A program made the position numbers and the translations under genes. The notes under the pieces were generated by a model, which worked only from the letters and a program-made list of their open reading frames with translations, was not told the DNA's origin and did not search any database. From Octopus vulgaris (lineage: Eukaryota), in assembly GCA_951406725.2 (NCBI GenBank), contig OX597814.1, forward strand, positions 210,056,001-210,120,000: a DNA stretch of 64,000 nt, written 5' to 3'. Of the stretch, positions 53,701 through 64,000 are shown piece after piece (positions within the stretch are counted from its first letter, which is position 1; every line of letters starts with the position of its first letter).

Positions 53701-54704
53701 TGAAACAAAGTTCAAAACATACCGGCTGTAATTTGAACTCATGGTATTTTCAGTTTAGCTCTTCAGTCTAAAATCTTATTATTCTTTTGGATGCACTTTC
53801 CATTAAGAAGACAAACATTGAAAAGATATTGTTGCAAGGATAGCATGATCCCGATGGAAGAAATTATTTCCTTAAAAAAAACAAAAAACAATGAAGATGA
53901 GTGTTATTTTTGTATCAAAATCCCTTGGCTAATGTGGTACCATAAAGAGCAGATCTCGTTTTAGAATACAAGCCGAAAAAGGTTTAAAGCATGAAATTTA
54001 TCATAAATGCAATGTTAGCAGTTTGTTTTATTTGAGTCATAATATCTATTGTCCGTTGATTGTATCTCATCTCTGCTTATCCTCGATTCATTTGAACGTT
54101 GTTTCATTATGAACTCTAAGTACATCGCCTTCAATTTGGAGACGAAATGCATTTTCATCCCGTACATCAAACGAATTATAGACTAATATGCGTGTGCTAC
54201 AATTTATTAATTTAATAAAGGAGAGAAAAAAAACGGGATTTAAAGAGAACGAAATTGCAAAGAGTATAAAGGTTTGCCATAATTTTATATTGCATAACTG
54301 CTATTGATATAACATTTAGCTAGCGTTTCTATACGAATGTCAATATCAATGGTTGCTCCACGAATATCACTAATTTCCACACACGAACCATTAAACTAAC
54401 TATATAAATACATGTTCTTATATCAATCAGTTATGAAACTTATTTTTCACCCATATAAAATATTATGTGCGTATTAACACCTAAATCTCCACTCCTAAAC
54501 ACATACGCACATAGGCGTACAAGCGCAAATATACACATATATTCATCACATAAAACATCCATCTGAATGTTTACAATCAATATTTAAACATTTTATAGGA
54601 TGGATATTTTTTTGCGATGAATATTTTTTGCTACTCCTAACTGTCAGATTTGATAGCAAATACAGTATTAGCCGTTTGTGTATTTTTTATTCGTATCACA
54701 TTAC

Positions 54705-54774
<70 letters not shown>

Positions 54775-55431
54775 AAAGAAGTATTAAAAGACATGTCAAT
54801 AAAATGCGTATATATTTTATAGGAGCAAATTATTGTGTTACAAACACCCAGTAACGTATCCTAATTGATTTTTAAGAGCGATTCATTAATTGATTAATCA
54901 TGAATGTTGCCAGAAGAAGTTAATAAAAGAGAATAAAGTAAGACCTGCTATAATAAATGGCCATGTTTATTTAGCACATTAAATGTGATGTTGCATTTGG
55001 ATTCTCTCTCCAATTAGAATGTGCACAAGCACCTATACGCAAGCGCAAACAGGCACTCACATACATACACGCGCGCACACACACACACACTTGTGTATAT
55101 ATGTATAGATGCATATCTTTGCATGCATATGTATATGTATACGCATACACACACACACACACACAGACACACATATTTCTGAAAAGATGTAGCTGGGACA
55201 AGTTAAAGTTTGGATCGCAGGAAAATATTCATGAAGTTAATAAAATACGATAAGTTTGTGTGCCGTAAGAAGAGACTATTCGCACACACACACATACACA
55301 CACACCACGCACACGTACACATATTTATGCATATACATACACACGCACGCATACCACAAATACACGCCCATATGTATATATATATATATACATATATTCA
55401 TGTTTGGGAATATATACATGTGTTTACATCA

Positions 55432-55524
<93 letters not shown>

Positions 55525-56364
55525 AATATGCACGCGTATGCGTACATATGTGTATGTGCAGGCATAAGCACACACACACACACACTCACACAGACGCGCG
55601 CACGCGCACATAACTGCATTTTTTTAAGTGGTTATGCCTTACGTATAGCATTAAAAAGCCAAACAAGCTAATTCTCAAAATATGTTCAGTATCAGTGGCC
55701 GCAGTCATGAACGAAACATCAAGACAGCAATAACTTTGTTATGTCAATAATTTAATAGCAATATTATATTTTGTTATAACTAAAAAATAAACAAAGAAAA
55801 ACGCCACAATCTTTGATATTCACTATAAAGTCTTTTTGATCTTTTCTATTCCACACATTAGAAGAATTCCGCCATATAAACGCAATGCAACGCACTGCAC
55901 CGATATTATTCTCTATTCATTTTAGGCAAACGCCAAAGGTTAAGAGTATAACTTCCTGCTGATTCGAGTCTATGATCCGATTTCGATTGCGGATTGAAGC
56001 CATTTTTCATTCATTTGTATCACTAATGCATTTAGAAAAGATAGCATTAAGACAGCATTACACATCGTCAAACATTTTTCTCCCTAAAATATGAGTTTTC
56101 TCTCCTCACAAAAGGAACTACGTTCTACTTTATTTGTAATGACTTGCATCGAGTGAAAGCTAACGTACTGAAATGTTCAATTCAGATGTCTTCTCTATAT
56201 TAATGGTGCTTATTTTATCGATTACGGTACGATTTGAATTTAGAGAAATATCGATTCAATTTGTTTTAAAATTTTTAGAGTCGTATCATTGAAAGGGAGT
56301 GGGGAAAATCTACCTAAAGGTCCACAATTTGTATCAAACGATGCTCATTACTATTTTCATTTCT

Positions 56365-56766
<402 letters not shown>

Positions 56767-57248
56767 CACTATAATATTTTCTTACATTGACTACCATTTT
56801 TGTAGCTAAACAGAATTATTACGGGCGAGGACTGTACGACAAGCGTTAATTTTTGCGGGGAGCTGAGATGGGAAATCGTTGGCAATATCCGGTTGGTAAC
56901 GGTTCATATCAGTTATGGTCATAGCAAAAGCATCTTTCGGGATGGTCTGAAAGTCATTACTTTACATTTCCTCTGTATCTCTAAAATATAAGTATGGTAG
57001 GAAGACATTCCCTAAGCAGAATAAATGAGTACATATTTGATATTCTTTTCATATAATACAGAGAAATAATTCTATCTCCTCCTAAACGAATTTTGAACGT
57101 CTTGTAATCTGCCTTTTTTTCTGTTATTGAGACCGATGGAACCTTGTGTTTTATGTAATAAATCAATATATATTTTCATTATATTTTACATCACAGATAG
57201 AGAGAAGAAATATCTGCACATGAAAATGAATATTTATATATATACATG

Positions 57249-57369
<121 letters not shown>

Positions 57370-58219
57370 GTTAAAAGTATTTGGTAAGTTTGCAGTGCTT
57401 TGTTCGCTTCAAAAAGAAAGAGAAAATGAGAAAGTGGAGGGTCGGGAGAAGGAGTAATCATCTTTATGTGTATATTGACAATATTACATTCACATTTCCT
57501 TTTTTTTTTATAAATATCATAGGGAATTATTATTTATTATTTCATTCATACGTTACAAATTTGATCTAAAACCTGTTGATGCTGAAGGGATAAAAAGTGC
57601 GTTTTATCTTTTCGTAATATTATTTGATAGACTAATATTTTCCAATATGAGAGAGAAAGAAAGGGAGAGAGAGAGATAGAGCAAAAAAGTAAGAGGAAAT
57701 TGAAAAGCGTTCGGTACTGTGATTGTAATAACCTTTCTTCTCATCGAACAAAGTATATTCAATTGAAAATATGATTAAAACTTGAATTAATCATGATTTC
57801 AATGTTGAGCTTACTTCTGTACTTATGTAACTTCACTTCTGCCCAACAACTGAATTGAATTCATCATATTAAGCTAAGGATCAACAAGTAAATTTTCGAC
57901 TTATCACTACTTTCAGTAACCTAGGTTTGCATCTGTGGTAACAACAGAGAAACGCATTGTACAATTAAAATATTAGCACCTTGTCCATGGACAAATTACA
58001 AACGTTGCCATGATATACTGCTATATCTCACCGCTTGTCAAGAGAAACCTAAAACAGACACTCCAGTTCATATTTATTTCATTGACTTATTTTAGTTTTC
58101 TTTCTCACGTTCCATGATAACATAACCTCTTTTTACAACATTATCAACATCATAAAAGCTACGATAATAAATATTGAATGTATACAGACATGGTTATTTA
58201 TATGCGAGGCAATATATAC

Positions 58220-58392
58220 CGCTTCACAAACAGTGTTGTTGTGTTTATAGTGCCGTACCTGTGCGGTTCAGCAAAAGAACGAATAGAATAATTTCCAGGC
58301 TTTAAAAATTAAGCATAGGGTCAATTCGTTCGACTAAAATCGTTCAAGGAGGAGCCCCAGCATGACCATAGTCTGATGATTGAAATAAGTAA
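58220..58392 (+). mobile_element. SINE family A 3' half (decayed)
   Basis: gcggttcagcaaaagaacgaatagaata...gggtcaattcgttcgactaaa...gccccagcatgacc parallels 63885-64000. Confidence 0.7.
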
Positions 58393-58620
58393 TATATGTA
58401 TGTAAGTATGTATGTATGTATGTATGTATGTATGTATGTATGTATGTATGTATGTATGTATATATATATATATATGTGTGTATGTATATATATATATATA
58501 TATTTGTATTTATGTATTTACGTGTTTATGATGCGCATACACATGAGTACAAATTTATATGCATGTTTGTGTATTCTTTTGTTCTTTTCCTTGTTTCATG
58601 CTGCGGTCATGCTGGAGTGC

Positions 58621-58652
<32 letters not shown>

Positions 58653-59164
58653 GTTTTATATATATGTACGTATCTATGCTTGCATATTTGGCATATATGG
58701 ATATGTACATAGCTAGTCAAATGTGGGTTTTAAATTGTTTACGGTATGCTATAAAGACACATGAACTCTACAGTTTATGTAAACCTTATAAATTCTACTT
58801 GACGCAATGGTGTAATTATTTCTTTAAGATTTATGAACTCCGAGTGACCTTTAAAAAAAAATAAAAGAACCCATACAAACTTTGTTTAAAAGACATACCA
58901 ATAAGAAATATGTTTTATTCGTTGCTATTTGTGAATTTCTACTTTTATATAGTCAAGTTCAAGATAAAATGGAATTGATTGAAAATGTCTTCTGTCAAAC
59001 CTCATTGGAAAACATTCAAAATATTGACTGAATTATGATATTAGATTTGTGTTTATTTTGGGATAATCTCTGAAATCAACGTTGTTCCTATATACATATA
59101 TATATGTGTGTATGAGTTGTCGTCTCTCAGTCTATACATATATGTATGTTAGCATGCGTATATA

Positions 59165-59281
<117 letters not shown>

Positions 59282-59631
59282 TTGTGTGTGGCTGTGTGTG
59301 TGTAGATATGCAATATGTTGGAAAGAAAGAGAAAACGAGGACAAGACGGAAGCATATAATGCAGATTGTTGAAAGCATAAGGTCAAAGAACATTTTTTTG
59401 TTATATATATATGTTTTTTCTTTAAATAAAAGAAAATATATTATATTGCTAGCATACGAATTTGATTTATCTTTTGCCCTGATTTATTTGTGAAAATAAG
59501 CTTTATGAGAACGCGAAGTTATTTCGCATACTTTTCAACTAGAAAATGCGACACACGTACACATAGATAGACCGAGCAGCATTACTTCATACATCGAGCA
59601 GTTGGATTTGATCACTATCTCTCTTTTCCTT

Positions 59632-59663
<32 letters not shown>

Positions 59664-59862
59664 GCACTCACTTTATACGTATATGTACTTTGATGCACAC
59701 ACAGACACACAACCCACACATATATATTTATATACAAATCCAGATAATATAGAGGGCATGGAAGAGATAAAGAGAGCGTCTGATACAGGAGATTAGACAG
59801 TGTCAATATGTAAGCAATTTATGGAGTTGCCTTTTGCGTTTAATATATAATGCAATAAAGAT

Positions 59863-59936
<74 letters not shown>

Positions 59937-60164
59937 ATATATATTTATATATGTATGTATATATATATTATATATATATATGTATATATTTATATTTATA
60001 TATATGTATGTATATATATATATGTATATATTTATATTTATATATATGTATATATTTATATTTATATATACGTATGTATATATGTATATATTTATATTTA
60101 TACGTATATATATATGTGTATATATATACATATATATGCATATACATATATATATATATATATG

Positions 60165-60650
60165 TCTGTCACTCTCTCTCCCTCACTCGTCCTCCCATGC
60201 TCACGTGGCTCCCATGTGACTATCGGCCATCTTTATTCTCCTAACTTGTGTTTCTTTCTCTCCGTTGTAGCTGGATCAATGAAGTCGTGTTCTTGTCTGT
60301 CTCCTGTCCAAGCTTAATTTACGCGTTCGCCACGGCAACCTCGTTTAGTGTGAGCAGCCCTTTTTGTTTGTTTTCACTGTCCTGCTTAGGGTACCAATTT
60401 TGACCCTCCGCAAAATTCAAAATTCTACTGAATTTGCTTTGCGGTAGCAACTGTTGTATCGGAAGCGTATATTGTTATTAAATGCTCGAAATACGAGAGT
60501 AGAAAAACAGCCAACAACTGATGAAGGTTCGTTTTTTTTTGTGTTGTTTGTGTTGTTTTCCATGTATGTCTTACGTTCGAAAAAAGTAGTTCATATTCTA
60601 TCTGCTCGTACTTCGTGTACACGTTTCGTGACGTCCTATGCCCACATATG
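60165..60650 (+). mobile_element. Interspersed repeat, probably a retroelement terminal region, with a structured RNA
   Basis: Block between TA tracts; hairpin ccgcaaa...tttgcgg (60408-60444) precedes the permuted hammerhead; T-rich tail. Confidence 0.5.
60451..60530 (+). ncRNA. Candidate non-circularly permuted hammerhead ribozyme (second family)
   Basis: CGUA-UA-UUGUU...C-GAAA-UACG...AACAA-CUGAUGA: helix III CGUA/UACG and helix I UUGUU/AACAA; helix II is weak. Confidence 0.6.
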
Positions 60651-60658
60651 CTTGTATA

Positions 60659-60698
<40 letters not shown>

Positions 60699-60752
60699 CA
60701 CATATATATACATACATATATATACATATATTATATATATACATATATATGT

Positions 60753-60833
<81 letters not shown>

Positions 60834-60932
60834 CATATATATATATATGTGTATATATATATATATATATGTACATTTATATAGATGTATGTACATACGC
60901 GTATGTATAAATGCATGTATATATATACATTA

Positions 60933-60970
<38 letters not shown>

Positions 60971-61149
60971 TAAAAAGAAAGAAACATGGTACTTTTCAAT
61001 TTTTCAATTGCTACGATCAGTTGCATTTTGCCCTCAGCAACGTGAAAATATGCCTTGTATGTTGAAATTATCTTGAAATTATTTTGAAACTCTCCGTGAA
61101 GTGGAGCCTCGCTTTCTAATTCTTTCCTATTCACGCACTGTATCTACAA

Positions 61150-61445
61150 TTCTCATAGTCCTTCCAATCCTGAACAGTTGTCTGATTGCACTTTCTTCAG
61201 TATTATGGTCATATATTTGTCCTAACCTTTCTTGGATTTTAAGATGCTTGTGATAGTCAGCGTACACAATCCACCCTTACTGTATTACTTAATCCTTGTC
61301 CTTTGCTTGATGAAGGCCCAGGCTACATCATTTGTTACCTTCAGTTTTCTGTAAGAAATTTCATCCGCTCCTGATCTTATTCCCTACACGAATCCACACA
61401 TCCCAAATACTTTTAATCTGTTCTGTAACTTCAAAGAAACTCAAC
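61150..61445 (-). mobile_element. Possible old LINE (RTE-like) C-terminal fragment
   Basis: Minus-strand relics KYLGCVDS and DEISYRK resemble FKYLG...EIxxRI; frameshifted. Confidence 0.3.
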
Positions 61446-61739
61446 ACGGCTACTACCATCGTCTATACACCGATTGAACCGTCCAATTATTTCTTTATCA
61501 AGTAACATAACTTACAACCATCGAAACGTCTAGTACTCAAAGTTAGTTGGTTGGCGGTCTGCTAGTTCTAAGTATTGATAAATCAATCATAATACGAACG
61601 TTCAGTTGAACATTTATTGACGTAAGAAAATATAACCGTTTAATCATTAAACAATACTTAGACTTAATCTACTTGAAAAACGAAAACTTCCTTATTGTTT
61701 TTATGCAGATATTATTGACAGCCTTGTCTCTACAATAAG

Positions 61740-61779
<40 letters not shown>

Positions 61780-61821
61780 TATATATATATACATACATAT
61801 TTATAGCTGTGTGTGAGTGTA

Positions 61822-61919
<98 letters not shown>

Positions 61920-62883
61920 TTTTGTGCGTTTGTGTGTGTATATATGTACATGAATGCATATACATACACACATACATGCGTACACAAACATATATATATA
62001 TAGTAATTTTCGTTTTTATGAGCTTTTTTATATGTTTGTTCCTTTAGGTTGTCTTTAATGTAGGTATTGTCTTATTCTCTCTAAGCAATTTTACGTTGTA
62101 AGGAAGCAAGACGGACTAAAGCACTGAAAATGTAATTCTCTCAAACAGTGGAAAAATATCAAACCTAAATTTCCAACACTTTTTGTTATTGAGATCTTAT
62201 AACATGCGCAACCAGTTGTTAGAAGGCTTCTATTCGTACATCATAGTAGGAACGATTCTCAGGACAAGAACTAAGAGAACGCAAATACAAAACAAAAACA
62301 TAAGTAACTTTTACAGCAATAATAAAATTAGGTAAAAAGGAAAAATATTATAGAAAATGACATAGATATAATAAAAATAAAATAAAATAAAAATATGCAA
62401 TTTGATCATTTAAGATTAAGTGTTTGTATAAGTACAGAAAGAAGAAAACAAACTGTTGAGCACCTTGCACCTTTAATATATATAAAATACTAAAGCCTTT
62501 TGGCTAGATATAAATACAAAATATTAACTGGAGTCATCTTAACTTATATAGCATAAGTGTGTGAACAGATGTCATTCTCTTAATCATTATTTCCAACCGT
62601 TGATCGCAGAAACATTTTTCTTCGTTTTATTATATTTGTGTGTGTATATATGCGGGGTGGGTGTGTGTAGTTAGTGTCATCCTGGAATTTTTATGTCTAC
62701 GAAAATTCAGTTTTGGGTACATCTGGTGTAAATATGAGAATAGTGATATGGTGGTTTCTTAAAGAGATGATATTGATTTTTAGATCAGATTAACTTGCAC
62801 GCAACCTGACATTTCTAAAACATTTAACAAATCGGACTGTGTATTGCACTTTCGTAGCTGAATAGTTTCTCTCTCTCCCCCTC

Positions 62884-62985
<102 letters not shown>

Positions 62986-63009
62986 TATGTATATACTTAT
63001 ATTTATTTA

Positions 63010-63040
<31 letters not shown>

Positions 63041-63099
63041 TATATATATATATATATATGTGTATGAATATATATACATACATAAACACACACACACAC

Positions 63100-63136
<37 letters not shown>

Positions 63137-63622
63137 AAAGGGGGAGAGAGAGAAAAAGGGAGAGAGAGGGAGATGTGTGTGTTAGATGTAATATATCGTG
63201 GTTTTCCTCTTAAATAGGTACAAAATACTGCCTGCATATACTTCCGTATCTTAAACAAATGAATCACGTACAGTAGCAATAACAGGTATCTCACTATATG
63301 AATACAGGGAAGAAAATACGTTCGAAGAGTATGGAAGCACTAAATAATTGGACAATGTATAAATGGGAATCAAAACACACTTTAAGAATTCTATAAAAAT
63401 AAAAGTTAGGAATAATTATATTTTGAAATAAAGCAAAGAAATCTGCGTTGTGTTTGTTACGTCGAAGCATGTCTTGTAGCTTCTGAGTATAGCATTCATT
63501 CAATTACATTGATTTTACAAATCAGTGCAAGAAATGTAACGAAAACTGACTGTTTATACGGCATTCTAGATAGATTTTATATTTTGTCGATATAAATATC
63601 TATATATCTATATATCTATATA

Positions 63623-63760
63623 GGCGCAGGAGTGGCTGTGTGGTAAGTAGCTTGCTAACAAACCACATGGTTCCGGGCAAGTGTCTTCTGCTATAGCCCC
63701 GGGCCGACCAATGCCTTGTGAGTGGATTTGGTAGACGGAAACTGAAAGAAGCTTGTCGTA

Positions 63761-63817
<57 letters not shown>

Positions 63818-64000
63818 ATGTGTCTGTGTTTGTCCCCCTAGCATTGCTTGACAACCGATGCTGGTATGCTTACGTCCCCGTCACTTAGCGGTTCGGCAAA
63901 AGAGACCGATAGAATAAGTACTGGGCTTACAAAGAATATGTCCCGGGGTCGATTTGCTCGGCTAAAGGCGGTGCTCCAGCATGGCCGCAGCCAAATGACT
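63623..64000 (+). mobile_element. SINE family A, near full length with an internal TA/TG microsatellite (runs off the window)
   Basis: ggcgcaggagtggctgtgtggtaag head with the B-box region deleted relative to the 44595 and 7948 copies, central microsatellite, and 3' body to ggtgctccagcatggccgcagcc. Confidence 0.88.

Overview
AT-rich, microsatellite-saturated eukaryotic non-coding DNA. The repeat landscape (tRNA-derived SINEs, TA/CA/ATT/TATC tracts) resembles an octopus or other coleoid cephalopod intron or intergenic region; this is pattern recognition, not a database match. I find no supportable host protein-coding exon, and most ORFs in the track are microsatellite read-throughs. Recognisable content is transposon debris: mariner, DD37D/maT, Sola2-like (with intron), MULE-like, piggyBac-type and other MITEs, CR1, RTE, three R4/Dong-like RLE 3' ends at ATT/TAA repeats, an internally deleted HERO-like RLE element, a decayed Penelope RT/GIY-YIG ORF, and at least three SINE families. 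The main signal is RNA structure. Several Penelope-type terminal repeats carry minimal type-I hammerhead ribozymes, one with an intact core (48399-48441, minus). Three sequence-unrelated loci (50685-50755, 60451-60530, and the HERO 3' UTR at 36644-36680 plus 37900-37960) hold hammerhead core segments in a non-circularly permuted order (NUH, then GAAA, then CUGAUGA), with similar spacing, covarying stems and a shared extra helix. All folds were assigned by eye; no activity is shown.
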